A stretch of 64,000 bases of DNA from positions 310,001 through 374,000 of the forward strand of contig NW_026250424.1 in the NCBI RefSeq assembly GCF_024521635.1, read 5' to 3'. A program made the translations under genes and the position numbers. This DNA is from Tricharina praecox. Taxonomy: Eukaryota. Below the pieces are notes generated by a model. It ran no database searches, had not been told where the DNA came from, and worked only from the letters and a program-made list of their open reading frames with translations. Positions 14,401 to 28,300 of the stretch are shown one piece after another (the first letter of the stretch is position 1; every line of letters begins with the position of its first letter).

Positions 14401-15126
14401 GAACTGGCCGACATCATCCTCCTCATCGCTTTCGTCCTCGAAGACGACTGCGACACCCTCTCGGTCGTCAATATCCTCATCACCACCGGCGCCATCCGCC
14501 TTGCCATCCATATCCTCATCTTCGTCTCCGGCGTTGTAATCAGTAATCTTCTTGGATAAAGTGACGAGGTCCGAGAACGTTTTGGAGTCCATCTTGTCGC
14601 CCAAGATATCCTCGATGCCCCTTTTCTTGTCGAAGTCCTTCTTCGATCCATCAGGATCCTTCAGTATCTCTAGGACTGCATCCGCTGCAGACCGCACGAC
14701 TGAGTGCGGCACATCGCCGAGAATTCCGGCCGTCAACGTCAGAATTAAGGAGTACGTCTCCCGTGTCGCTGCCGTACGGGGATGGTAGATCAGGTCCAAA
14801 ACATCATCGGTAGCCGACAATATGCTTTCACCGAAGCCTGCTGAGGCACCCTTTTTCCGCTTTCGCTTTTCCCGATCCAGAATCTCCCGGCCCTCGTCCA
14901 TTGCATCGAGATTGATTGTCCCGGCTTCCCGCTTCTTCTTCTTCGCCTTTTCCTTGGGCGCGGTATCGCGCAACACACGGCTACCCATCTCCTTGATGTC
15001 GACCTTGCCCGCAAGGGTCTCCGGATCACCGGTCGGCTCATCTGTACGGCGGCTGTAAAATCGCTTGTCCGGCTGAAGAACCAAGTTGGACATAGCGGCA
15101 TACTTGTACTGCGATTGGTCGGCCAT
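8447..15126 (-). CDS. BRR2: U5 snRNP Ski2-like RNA helicase Brr2
   Basis: ~2200 aa with two helicase cassettes (APTGSGKT, DEIH, SAT, QMLGRAGRPQ; second APSGSGKT, DDIH) and two Sec63 domains. One intron ~8973-9033 joins the final exon (8447 frame). Confidence 0.98.
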
Positions 15127-15900
15127 GATGGGCGATCGGAGCCTTCCGGGGGTCTTGGAAGAGCCTTAGAACGGCGGTCGAAAAGCGGAGGAGGGGATGA
15201 CGGGCGGGCGGATTGATGTGTCGGTAAGAGTGGCTGTAGGTAGATGGATGAGGATGAGACGTGAAGTCGGTTCGAAGAGTGGCGAGTGGGGCGTTCTGCG
15301 CGCCTTCAGGAGTGAGTTCAGGGTAGTTTGGGCAGAAGCTCGGCGACGTGACTACTGGGGTTAGAAAGTCCGTACGAGTCTGCAGAACGGAAGAAGTTTC
15401 GATGGGTATACCTTCAGTAATCCGTCTTCAACTAATTCCTTTCGTGGTTGAGGGTTGTGATGGCGGCAGTAGTGAAATGGTGTTGTGATATTGGGGACAA
15501 TCCGTTAGTTAACGACCCCATGCGACGCGAGGCGGGAATTTCTTGAGTCGACATCCTCGCTAACCCTACACCCTAACTTATCATACTCCATACTTTCGCC
15601 GTGGCCGTTGAAGTCACTACCCAGGTAAGTAATCGCAATTGAAACATCTCCGGAATCCCTTTGTCTCCCTCCTGTCTCTTCTATCTCTGGAGCTTGCTCC
15701 CACAACACAACCATCACCCCTCCTCCCGACACATACAGCCTACTCGACACAGCGCACGAACCCCGACGACAATAATCTTTGGACCTAGTTCTCTTCATTC
15801 GCTTGACAGAGAACTCCGCGTCAGGATTTCGTAGCGCGACTTCTCACGTGTTACATCGCACATTGCCAACAGCGCGATTACCACCGCCACCACCGCCAAT

Positions 15901-17016
15901 ATGGATGCCAAAGAGGTCATGACACATGTCACAAACATCGACACCGCGGTCAAGGAAAAGCTACCGGCAGCGCACATTGCTGACCTATTGAAGTCGTTGA
16001 AGACGGGTGTTGTGGCTACCGAGAAACTCCTTCGGGTGAGTCCTCTTTCGATCGTTCACATCACCTGTCCCGAGATCCGACTCCCCGTTCCTGTATGCAC
16101 TTCTTTCTAACAGTTCACCTTAACAGGAAACTCGAGTAGGAATGGCAGTCAACAAACTGCGCACCCACGCTGACAAGACCGTTTCCGATCTGGCCAAGGA
16201 AATTGTCGGGAAGTGGAAACAGGATGTCCACCAGAAGGCGAAACAGGACGTCCACAAGAAAGTCAACCCGCGTCCCCAAGAGAAATCCCGATCCACGGCA
16301 TCTCCGACCATCACCTCGCCGAAACCGAAACCGAAGAATATGCTCGTCAAGGTGGACCCGAGTAAAAGGACCAAGGCGACAGATGGCGTAGACTACAATG
16401 TTACCGGCGACAAGGCTCGAGATAACTGCATTGGAATTCTGTACGATGGTCTTTGCGTAGGATCAGATGCCCGTAAGCCCAGTACCTGCGCCTATCCTCT
16501 GAGGAAATCATTTACTGATGTTGCCGCAACGAATAGCTTCGGATCACATACTCTCACTTGCTAAATCCCTTGAGGCTGAAGTCTTCGTGAACCACAAGAA
16601 GAAGATTGAAGTGCAGTATAAGCGCCGAATTCAGATGCTTTTCCTGTCTCTCAAGGACAAGAAGAATCCTAGCCTTCGCACACGTGTTGTTAAAGGTGAG
16701 ATTTCTCCTGCGCGATTATCCACAATGGAATCGCATGAGATGGCGTCAGACGAGCGCAAGGCAGAGGACCAAGAAATCCAAAAGGAGAATACGAGAAAGG
16801 CAATGGTTGCGAAGCCCGAGAAGAGCATCAGCGACCAGCTGCAGTGTGGCAAGTGCGGACAGAAGAAGGTCTCCTATACCCAAGCCCAGACACGGTCTGC
16901 CGATGAACCGATGACTACGGTATGTTACTGCTACCTCCCCCACCAGCCTTGTCAACAACTAACATGCTCAGTTCTGTACTTGCGAGAACTGTGGAAATCT
17001 GTGGAAGTTCTCATAA
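15901..17016 (+). CDS. DST1: Transcription elongation factor TFIIS
   Basis: N-terminal TFIIS domain (TRVGMAVNKLR..WK), central domain (LKDKKNPSLR), zinc ribbon CGKC...[25 protein letters not shown]. Three introns. Confidence 0.97.
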
Positions 17017-18028
17017 CTCAGAAACGCATCATCTATTGGTCTCGTCGAACGGAAAAAGCACAGTCGGCTGGTTTGGGTTAACGACTCATTGCTTGCACGA
17101 CTGTGGTTCACCGTCTAATATGGCCAATGATTCTTGTCAACTTGCATCACTGCGAAGCCATTACGTTGATGTACCATAGAGATTCTTTCATTCTTTTTCT
17201 CCATTTCACTTGGGCATATGAACTTTTTTCGTCTACTCACGACTCGCCTGTTGGCTGCTCTTTTGTTTCTCTATTTCTCTCTGGAGGCTTTTTCTCATGG
17301 CTCATCGAAGGGCGTTCTTTTGTATATTTGGCAGTTGGTTACTGGAGTCTTGACTTCCCTCTTTCCTCTCTTTTGCGAGAGTAAGGTATGTTTCGTAGAT
17401 AAATCTGAGTGACTGGACATGCTTGTTCTTGTGCTGAACCGATGTAACAACCTTCATAATTGACACGTTTTCTATCAAGCACCCACCTCGATCAGGCTCG
17501 GAAGAGAGGGAGATGAAGGTGGCTGAAGTCCTCAATTATCTGGATAGTATCTCGGACCTTGGCGATGACTGGACAGGCAAATTAGCAATGGACTCCTCTG
17601 GTACAGATTATGACACATTCTATATGGGCCTTCAGCTCTTGTATGTGGCACTTTATGCTCGGGCATCTTCTCTCCGTGTCGGGCTCGGTCCGACGCTCTG
17701 GTAGAGAAATGACAGACTCAGGGATAAAGGAGTCAGAACAAGCTCTAGGGTTAGGCTTGGTATTTTGTTTGATGCGTCGTGGCGTGTGGTTACCCTTGCA
17801 ACTTCGCCAACTGTGGCCCCTCAAGCTTGCACACCCGCGATTAGAGACACACCCGCCAGAAGCTCACCAATCCATCCCGTGGGCCTTTCTGCGACCGTGT
17901 TAATACCAGATTCATACTTTATCTATCGGGCAACCTCTTCGAGCTTTACAGCTGCCGCAATAGCACCTCACCACTCATTCGGATTCCCGCATTTGGAGGA
18001 GTTCCAGTGGCATACATAACGGACCATC

Positions 18029-21000
18029 ATGGCGGCCGTCACCGAAACACAGCATGGCCGGGAGACTACATCGGAGCTTCAGAACGCGACAGAACCTTCC
18101 GCCACCTCTGTCGCGATAGACCCGGTTGCACTGGTCACCTCGGAATGCATCACTGTCACCTCCGCGATGCGCAAGAATGCGCGGTGGGCCCAGTCCTCGG
18201 TGGCTGCGATCCTTGGAGGCGGCGGAGGCTCGGGTTACGGTGGCACCAGCGGCGGCAGCGATTACACTCATGTTCCTGGAAACAATACCCCGGGACTGAC
18301 ACGTAAGGGGGCGGGCGGGATTGCACAGGTAGACGGTGATGCGGGGTTAGCTGGGAGGTGGGGCTTGCGCGGGAAGAAGGGAAAGAGCATACAGGACAAC
18401 CCTCTTATGGCTGCGTTCGCTAAGCTAAGGGGTGATTTGCAAGAGTGCAAAGGTCGGCCTTCTTCCCTTGGTTGTTGGATTTCTTGTGTTGCAGAGGTAC
18501 TGATTTGCGGGACGGAGCGATAGACATCACGACTTTCGACACCCCGAGCTTGCTACACCCATTTCTTCAGGTCATCAGATCTTCGTCGACGAGCGGTCCC
18601 ATAACTTCCCTCGCGCTCATCGCAATCACCAAGTTCTTCTCGTACAATCTGGTCAACCGAGCGTCTCCTCGGCTCCCGGTAGCCATGCAGCTCCTGTCGT
18701 CGGCGATCACACACTGCCGGTTTGAAGCGTCGGATTCCGCCCAAGACGAGGTAGTGCTGCTACGGATTTTGAAGCTGATGGAGATGATGCTTTCCGGGCC
18801 CGGCGGCGAGCTGCTGGGCGACGAGAGCGTCTGCGAAATGATGGAGACTGGGTTGAGCATGTGCTGTCAGATGCGACTTTCAGAGGTACTACGGAGGTCC
18901 GCCGAGATGACTATGGTTTGTATGTGCCAAGTGGTTTTTGAGAGGCTAAAACATCTTGAGCTGGAAGCCAATGCCGCGGGGGAGAATTTGGAGGAAGAAT
19001 CTAAAGATGAAATGGAGAGCGTCAAAATGGCGCCGTCGGCAGAGGGGGAACATGTGGTTACGACTCCAGAAGTGGAACGAACGTCAGACGACAAGGCGGT
19101 AGCAGACGGAATGACTATAGCACCGGCAGGCAGTAGTGGTGGTGCAGAGGGAGTCGCCGGGCAAGACGAGACGGAGGAGGCCCCAATAAAGCCTTACTCA
19201 TTACCATCTATCCGGGAGCTTCTCAGAGTGTTGGTGGAGCTTTTGGACCCGGATGATAAGACACATACGGACACCATGCGAGTGATGGCCATGAGGATAA
19301 TTGATGTCGCATTCGAGGTTGCTGGGCCTTCCATTGCCAAACACCCCAGCCTTGCGGATTTGGCTAGAGACAACCTTTGCCGGTATCTTTTCCAGCTTGT
19401 ACGTTCGGATACCATGACCATATTACAGGAGTCATTGAGAGTCATTCAAACATTACTGGCGACAACACGGGGAGTTTTAAAACTGCAACAGGAGTTGTTC
19501 TTAGCTTATCTGGTCGCCTGTCTCCACCCTCAGGTTGAGATACCGAGAGAACCAGGCGTTAACCCTTTGCTATACGAAGGCGTGCCGCAAGCACCGAAGG
19601 TGTCCAAGCCCCCTCCAACGCAGAACGGTAGCGGACGTTCGACTCCAGTGCCGGTGAAAGAGAGGCAGAAGCTTGGGCTTGAAGGCGGGTCGAGGAGGCC
19701 TGATGCACGCGAAGCCATGGTGGAGTGCGTGGGTGCATTGTCACGGATTCCGAGCTTCATGGTGGAACTCTACGTCAATTACGATTGCGATGTGGACCGT
19801 ACAGACCTTTGTGAGGATATAATCGGACTTCTATCACGGGTAATGGAATTCCCGCCTGCCATAAACATACTATGCTAATCCTCTATTCTCCAGAATGCAT
19901 TCCCTGATTCGGCAACCTGGAGTACTACCAATGTACCGCCTCTCTGTCTGGACGCGCTGTTGGGATACGTGAATTTCATCTATGAACGATTGAGCGACGC
20001 TCCGCGTACAGAAGGGTTCTCGGCACCCCAAAAGCTCCAGGATCAGAGGCAGCTCAAAGCAGTGGTTGTTCAGGGCATCAAGAAGTTCAACGAGGATCCC
20101 AAGAAGGGTATCATCTTCCTTGCCCAACAAGGCATCATTGAGGGTGTTGATCATCCGGAGTCGATCGCACGGTTCTTGAAAGGCACATCTCGGGCGGACA
20201 AGAAACTCCTGGGAGAGTACATCTCCAAGAAACAGAACACCGAGATTCTACGCGCGTTTATGAAAATGTTTGACTTTAGTGGCAAGCGAGTAGACCAGGC
20301 GCTGAGGGAGATGCTCGAGACCTTCCGGCTGCCAGGTGAATCTCAGCTGATTGAACGTATTGTCCTGGAGTTTTCGGAAAAGTACTGCGAGACCGAAGCG
20401 AATCTGAAGGATGTCGCGGATAAAGATGCCGTTTTCATTTTATCGTATGCTATTATTATGTTGAATACCGACCAGCACAATCCTAATATGAAGGTAAACA
20501 CGATTCTCCGAACTCAAAATAATGGCTGTTTTTGTTGCACTGGTATTGACAATGTCCTCAGAATGGCTCTCGGATGACGTTGGAACAATTCGGCCGCAAT
20601 CTGAGAGGCGTAAACAACGGCAAAGATTTCGCTCCCGAATACCTTCAGCTCATCTATGAAACGATCAAGCACCACGAGATCATCCTGCCCACCGAGCACG
20701 ACAACAAGCATGCCTTCGACTACGCCTGGAAGGAGTTGCTCCACAATGCTGACTCGGCCGGTGAGCTATCCATCTGCAACACCAACATCTACGATGCACA
20801 GATGTTCGCGGCCACTTGGAAACCGGTCGTTGCGACACTGAGCTATGTCTTCATGTCGGCCACCGATGATGCTGTCTTTGCAAGGGTGATCACAGGTTTC
20901 GATCAATGCGCCAGGATCGCGGCGAAGTACAAGATTACCGAGGCGCTCGACCACATCGTACGATGCCTGAGTACGATCAGTACACTGGGCACCGAGAACC

Positions 21001-23268
21001 CACCAAGCACCGCGCTGAACACGGAGATCCAAGTCAATGGCAACAGTGTCATGGTCAGCGAGCTCGCCGTTAAGTTTGGCCGGGACTTCAAGGCACAGCT
21101 GGGTACCGTCGTCCTATTCCGGGTGATTACTGGGAATGAAGGTGTCTTGCTCAACGGTTGGAATCATGTATGCTTCCCCTCTCCATAACATATCCTCCTG
21201 TACTTACGTTTTGCAGATTGTCCGAACATGGCTCAACTTGTTTGTGAATTCTTTGATCCCACCGTTCTTCTCGCCCTCCCAAAATGGACTGGACATTCCG
21301 CCCATTCAGCTTCAGACACCTTCCGTGGTGATAGATAGAGACCAATCGTCGAAAGACGTTGGTCTGTTCTCCACTCTTTCCTCGTATCTGTCGAGTTATG
21401 CCAGCGACGAGCCGCCAGAGCCTTCGGACGAGGAACTTGACAGTACATTATGCACCGTGGACTGCGTAAATGCATGCTTCCTAGGTGATGTATTTGCCAA
21501 TATCATGTTGGTTACTCGAATCATGCTGTGTAACAATTACTAACGATCTTTCAGGGAATTGGACTCTGCATCTCTTAAGCCACTCATCGATTCCCTCCTC
21601 CGGCAGATTCCAGACCTAGATGACGAGGACCCAGGGGTTGTCATCGTTAAGCCCGAGCATCCCTCCTCGCCATTGCTGAACGGAAATCCTATGTGGAAAG
21701 GACCCAAGTATGACCCAGCTTTGGTATACGTTCTGGAGTTTACGACATGCTTGGTTCTGCGAGATGCCGAGACCACGCTCGCTCACGGCAAAGCACTCGC
21801 TGAAACGCTCACGGCCATTGTCCGGAATGCTGCAAGGCTGCATCCACTCGTCGTTTCACGGTCGATCTACTACATGTTCTCTCTTCTTGAGCATAGCCAC
21901 GAACACTCTTTCCTCAGGGCACCCTTGGCTCTCCACTCCGTTGCTGCTCTAGACAGAACGCTTCTGGACAAATCCGCCCTGCCTGTGGCCAAGAGTCTTT
22001 CCAAATGCATCAAACGCACGTCGGCCCTCCGAAGTGAAATCATCAACTCTCCCGATCTATGGGTGGTTCTGCACGGGCTGCTGCACAACCGCGATGCCGT
22101 CGTCGACGTCTTCGAGATCCTGGACGTCATCATATCGGAACCGGTAACCAACGTGACTGCCGACAACTACGTTGCCGTAGTCTCGCTGCTGAACGACTTC
22201 GCATCGGAAGCCAACATCGGCGCCGCGTACGAGCAGCGGCAGGACAAATCCGCGCGCAAGGGCAAGCTGCAGAAGAAATCCACCGACTACCCCGGCGTCG
22301 AAATCGTCGCGCGCGGAACAAAGGCGCTAGCAATGATCTACTCCCTGCACACGCGCGTGCCCGCCCTCATCACGCAATCGCACCTTGAAAAGAACGAGGC
22401 GTGGACCGCCTACTGGCTGCCCATATTCCAGAGCCTCAGCACGCAGTGCACCAACCCGTGCCGCGAGATCCGACACCTATCCCTCGGGCTGCTGCGGCAG
22501 AGTCTGCTCGGCCCCGAAGTAACCAGCGACTCCTCGCACGGCGAGTGGACCGCCATCTTTGGCGACGTCCTGTTCCCGCTCATCGGGAGACTCCTAAAGC
22601 CGGAGGTGTTCCAGGCAGATCCCAGGGGAATGAGCGATACCAGGGTCCAGGCGGCTACGCTGCTCTGCAAGATCTTCCTACATTACCTCGTCCTGCTCAG
22701 CGAGTGGGAAGGAATGCTGGGGCTGTGGCTGCGCATCCTCGATATCATGGATAGGCTCATGAACAGCGGCCAGGGCGACCATTTGGTATATTCCTCCGCC
22801 CCCCCCCCTTCCCCCTTCCCCTCCTCCCCCTACCCCCAACGTCCCCCTGTTACACCCGCTAACAACCCCGCACAAAAATAGGAAGAAGCCGTCCCCGAAT
22901 CCCTCAAGAACATCCTACTGGTCATGGCGAGCGGCGGATTCCTGGAGCGTCCTTCACCCACCACCTCCACCACCAGCACCACCGCCACCGCAACCACAAC
23001 AGAAGCGGAGGCAGACGGCAAGTCGCAGCTGTGGGAGCAGACGTGGAAACGCCTGGAACGGTTCCTGCCCGATCTTAAGGAGGAGCTGTTTCCGCCGCTG
23101 CCGGAGTCGGTGTTTGTGCCCGAGCCTGTGGTGGTGGAGGAGCCTGTGAAGGAGCCTGTGCAGAAGGAGGGGGAGCCGGTGGCGGAGACGACGGTGGAGG
23201 GTGAAAAGACAGAGGGGGAGATGGAGGGTGAAAAGACCGAGGAGACGCTGGCGGCAGATATTGATTGA
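18029..23268 (+). CDS. GEA2: Golgi Sec7-domain Arf guanine-nucleotide exchange factor (GBF1/Gea1/Gea2 family)
   Basis: DCB domain (ITHCRFEASD), HUS box (LYVNYDCD), Sec7 motifs FRLPGESQLIERI and YAIIMLNTDQHN, and HDS region (EAVPESLKNILLVM). About 6 introns. Confidence 0.95.
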
Positions 23269-23840
23269 TTGCTTGTGTTTGACGGTTGATGTTTGATGTT
23301 TTTGGTGGTTGTCTATGTCGCGGTAATATATAGTACTAGACGAGTAATATCCGTGGAACTCATGAGATTGTTGTGTGGTTTGGTGTTGGTTGGTATTGAA
23401 GCATGCATTTGTCTGGTCTGGTTTAGTTACTACAATGTCTGTCTATTCCATAGAGTGGTTGAAGTTGAAGTCATTCGTTGCGTCCAAGCCAATACAGGTA
23501 CCTCTGCAATCACGTAGAGCAGCACCCAAATTCAATCAATCGCTCAATCAAGGACTCTCATAAACTGCGTTGACATGCATATACCCCACCCCAACCCAGT
23601 GCCCCCCCCCCATCCCCAATCCCCAATCCCCGACCTAACCAACCATCCAACCCCTTTCCCCACCGCCCGCCCGCCGCCCACCGAACCCAAACACGAAAAA
23701 CACAAAAGACGAAATAAAAAAATAATAGCCCCCTCAAAATTAAATTTCTGTCACAAAGGTTTGTTTTGTTTTTACCGAAGAAAGGAGGAAAAAAGAACGC
23801 CCCGCAACCAACCAAAAACAATCACCGCCTGTTTTTTCTT

Positions 23841-25332
23841 CTACATGATGATGGCAGGGACTGGAAGTAAAGTTAGCGGATGATGGCGAGACGGGTATGG
23901 GAAAGGAGAGCTTACTATCAATGTTTGCCTTGATGGTCTTGTGCGGCAGCACGCATCCTCCGTTCACGTACACCTCATCGGCCACTGTTACGTCGTCGCC
24001 GAGGACGGTGACATTCTCGAGGCGCGCCCACTTTCCGACGGTGCTGTTCCAGCCGACGATGGTGCTCTTGATCCACGCGTGGTCCTTGATCCTGCAGCCC
24101 TGAAGGACTACGCACCGCTGGAGCCTGACACCGTCGCCGACTACGACACCGGGACCGATGGTCACGTTGGGGCCGATGCGGCAGTTCTTGCCGATCTTCG
24201 CCGACGGGTCGATCAGGACGTTTCCACCGTGCACGTACGACTCAGACGATGGCGTGAGCAGCTTCGAGTTCTTCTTTGCCAGCGAGGAAAGGTACAGGCA
24301 GGTTCCGGTCAGGAAATCCTTGGGCTGTCCGACGTCCATCCAGAAGCCTTCCAGATCGAACGAGTGCAGTTGGCCGTCCTCGACGATAGCGGGGAAGGTC
24401 TCCTGCTCGATGGAGGTAGGACGGAGCTCGATGCGGTTGAGAACGCTGGGGTTCAGGATGTAGATACCGGCATTGATGCGGTTTCCGACGAACTCCACGG
24501 GCTTCTCAACGAAGCGGTCGATGCGCGATGCGTGTCCGGGCTTGTGCACCACGACTCCGTACTTTGACGGCTCGTCGACTTTGGTAACGACGATGGTACC
24601 CTCCTGTCCGTGGGACTTGTGGAATGCTGCTAGGTCCTCAAACGGGTACTCGCAGATCACGTCCGAGTTGAGGACGAAGAACGGAGTATCATCCTTTCCG
24701 AGGATCTCTTCGGCAAGCTTGAGGGGTCCGGCGGTGCCTAATGGCTCAGTCTCGACGGAGAAGGTAATCTTGACGCCGTATTGCTCCTCGTACTGTAGAA
24801 TCGATGCATCAGCTCAGCCCCCACCTACTAGTTCCCCGCAAAAGCTCGAAATAGAGTCGAGCTTGGCGATAGCACGTACCTTCTGCAACACATTGATCAT
24901 GACCTCCGGTCTGTAGTTGACGGCGAGCACAATGTCCTTGACACCGGCAGCGGCCAGCGCCTCGACCTGATGCAGGATCATCGGGCGGTTGCCGAATTCG
25001 ACCAATGGCTTGGGCAGGGTGAGGGTCTATTGAAGTGATGTTCAGCGGCCGAGTTCATTTTGATGCGATGGATTGAGCGATGCCCCGCAAGCGGAGCCGC
25101 ACATTTCCGTAGAGTTGCGACACGGTTTACGGGATGGAGAGGAGGAGGAGGGAAGACGGAAGATGGAGGGGTCGCATACAAGAGGCCTCAGGCGAGTACC
25201 GAAACCACCGACGAGAATAAGAGCTGTAGTCCACCACGCCAGCTGTCAGCCTCAACTCGGCATTCGCTCCGCGCATCCGCAACGGAGGGGGAAGCAACTG
25301 GCAGGTAGATGGAGAGGGAGCATACCCTTCAT
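23841..25332 (-). CDS. PSA1: Mannose-1-phosphate guanylyltransferase (GDP-mannose pyrophosphorylase, Psa1/Mpg1)
   Basis: Spliced start [54 protein letters not shown], hexapeptide repeats; ends VPAIIM*. Four introns. Confidence 0.97.
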
Positions 25333-28300
25333 TTTGATTGGGGTGTTTGGGGGGGTATTAAGAGTAGTTGAGTAGTTGGCTGTTCCGTTTCGTGGGGTTT
25401 TCTCTCGAGGTGGTCGTTCAGCGGAGTTTGCTGGTGTGAAGGCGTCGACTCAATCGAGGAGGATTATAGGATTGTCAGGCACGACTTCGAAGGGAGTACT
25501 GACTAGTACGTTGGGAAAGAAACAAAAGGGATGAAGATGATGATTGAGGGTAGACGCAGTGCCAAACGATGGGTTGAAGAACGGAAGAACTTTCAAAGAA
25601 GGTCAGGAGAAGGGGGGCTCCCGTGGTACTTGTACTCTAATTGCACGGTAGGTACTTCTCTCCCTTGTATGGGGTAATAATAACCACGACAGACACAACT
25701 GCCTCAGTTGCCTACTGCTAGCACTGCTGCTGCTGCTACCTACGCCTACCTACCTGCTACAGCGAGTTAAAAAAAGGAGGTACTCGTACTCTGCCTACGA
25801 ACTCGCCTTACCTGACTCTGCTGTTGAAAGGTGGACTCATGTCCCGTGGTCCACCACCACCACTTCACCTCACCACCACCTACCATCGCCGCGACCAATT
25901 GTGTGTCCGCCTTCAGTCCATGTTCCTTACCGTGCTGATCCATGCTCTCTCTCCCTTTCCATCCCAGCTAGTGCCGCCGCCGGCGTCCCACTGCAAGGAC
26001 CCAAGTAGGCGTCGCCCGCTTGTCTGGGTACGGACTTTGTCGCCCCAGCTTTCCTTCGCTTCAAAGTGCTCTCTCTCCGAGTCGAGCTGGAACTGTCGCG
26101 GCTTGTGCTTGTGCTTGCGGAGAACTTCCTTCCCGTGCAAATGTCACCCCTTGGCACGCACTGCTGCTCCATTCCGCGCGCCTTCACCCAGCCAAGCGAC
26201 GTATGCAGGGTAAGGCATGGTCAGGGGATCACGTGGATGCTTAGACGGCTTATGGGGAGGGAGGGGGGGCAAATTAAGGGAGGATGGCCTCGACTAGCGG
26301 AAATCCATCATCTTTTACCCGATCGGGACGGAAATCGCCGCTTCGTTTTGGACGTCCGGGGCTGTTTGGCTGCAGTCGTTTACGGGAACTGGGGAATTTG
26401 GAAGCGTTCGAAACGTGTCCACCGGGCAACGACGCGGGAGCTTTGGTTTCGTCGCGGGTCGTCCGTTGCCGCGCTTACCGCCTAATCGCGAGCTTCCTCC
26501 AGCTCCGCCGGACGGCTGCTCCATAATCTACCAAGTCATCGCTGTCTCCCCCAAGCTCGGCCCCGGAATTCGTCCGCGACGGCTACTGGAGTGCCACCTG
26601 CTGCCGGAATCTTACAGGAAGTTTCCTAACGGCTCGGCTGGGAATTGGCTTTCGCTTATGCCCACATTGCTCCAGAACCTGCACTCTGGGAATCTGCACT
26701 TTATATAGCTACGGTATATCATCTTCACTGTTCCCGTCAACTACATGCTTCTCTCCAATGCTACTCACCGAAACTGTGTTGTCTTGCTGACTTGCTTCAT
26801 CCCACTTTGCCCAATAATGGCCCCATCATCCCAATTGGCTTCCACTGCATTCCGCTGCCTTCCGGACACCCGCCGCTCACCGAGAATGGTCGAAAATTGC
26901 ATCTATGGCAGTCTCTTTGACCAGCAATTACACATGTCTACCAGCCAAAGTTTCATTCGCAATGCCTGAAGCTACGAGCCACGACTACGTCGCCTGCCAA
27001 AGTTTTGGAGTTCTAAAAACATCGAAGCTTGAGCCTACAGTTTAAGCGTAGCAAGATCTAAATATATTTCTTGCTGGGGAGCCGGACCAGCCGGCGATGC
27101 TGGATCGCACCGAAGAGGGTCGAATAGGTATCAATATGGTGGCCTTGGAACTTGGAAGCGCCCCTTCAACTAGTTTTATTGACAGGAAGTCTTTCGGTTA
27201 GTTTATGTAGTTACAGAAGTCACAGTACATGCTGCGTCTTCCAAAGGCAGCGGTGGTTTCTTCCAAACAAATTCCTCCAACCACTCAACACTCACCTTTC
27301 CCACATGTCAACATCTACCCCATAGTTTCACTTCACTACGTTCGCCCTCGGTGGCACGTTCTTCCGACAGCAACACACTCACGACGACTGTATCCAGATT
27401 TCGAAGTAAACATGCTATAAAGGACTGAGACTATACTAGGGAACCCCATCGACCTACTCGATAGACGCCTCACGGCAGCATCTAGCGTCCCAAACGACAA
27501 GAATCCGGATGGATATGCGGCAAGAAGGTGCGGGATTCAACTCATATCCACGATGTTTGATGCCTCCACCATGTCTTTACCCACTCTTGGCTACTCTACT
27601 CTACTCTACTCTATATAGCACAGCACTCTACCCACCCATAACGTGACCCAAATGTCTCGAATAAACCCATTGCGGCCAAGTCACTTCACTTCACTTCAAC
27701 TTCACTTCACGAATGTGGAGGAATTCCGTCCCCAGGCCTTGTACTCTACAGGGTTAGCACTTAATACTCTACATATCGCCGAATCGCCGATACACGCAGC
27801 CAATAAAACTGTTGGGGCTTACTCACTTCCTAGTAGACTGTGTGCACGGGGCACCACCCCCCTCAAACAGCGATCGGCACGCTTCCGGCCCGGTGTTTGA
27901 AACTTCATTGGGGGATTTGGAGGAATTGGAGGAATTGGGGGACGCGCACGCCTTGGCTCGAGTGATGTCACGTGAATTGTGGTTGGACTGGGTGGACTGG
28001 GTGGACTGGGTGGACTGCGGGTGAAGGGTGAAGGATCACGTTGTTTCTGGTGATTGAGTGGATTGGGCTTGGTGCGAAACATCGAGGCAGCCTCACCGGA
28101 CTGGAGTGTCTTATATACGAAGGGTAGACGACGACGGGCGGCAGGGAGGACGGGAGAACGGGAGGAGGACGGTCGCCACTCACTCAATTGGCGCCCGCCC
28201 CGCCCCGCGCCGTGACGGGACTTCGCCGACGCCAGGCTCCAGCTGAGCTGCTGGTGACATCTCCCTAGCTCGAGGTGCATATAAGCATCTGGCGAGTCCG

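Noticed and set aside
16216..16263. 24-bp duplication in TFIIS (KQDVHQKA/KQDVHKKV)
   Set aside because: Real, but it lies at the start of the variable linker and is probably neutral.
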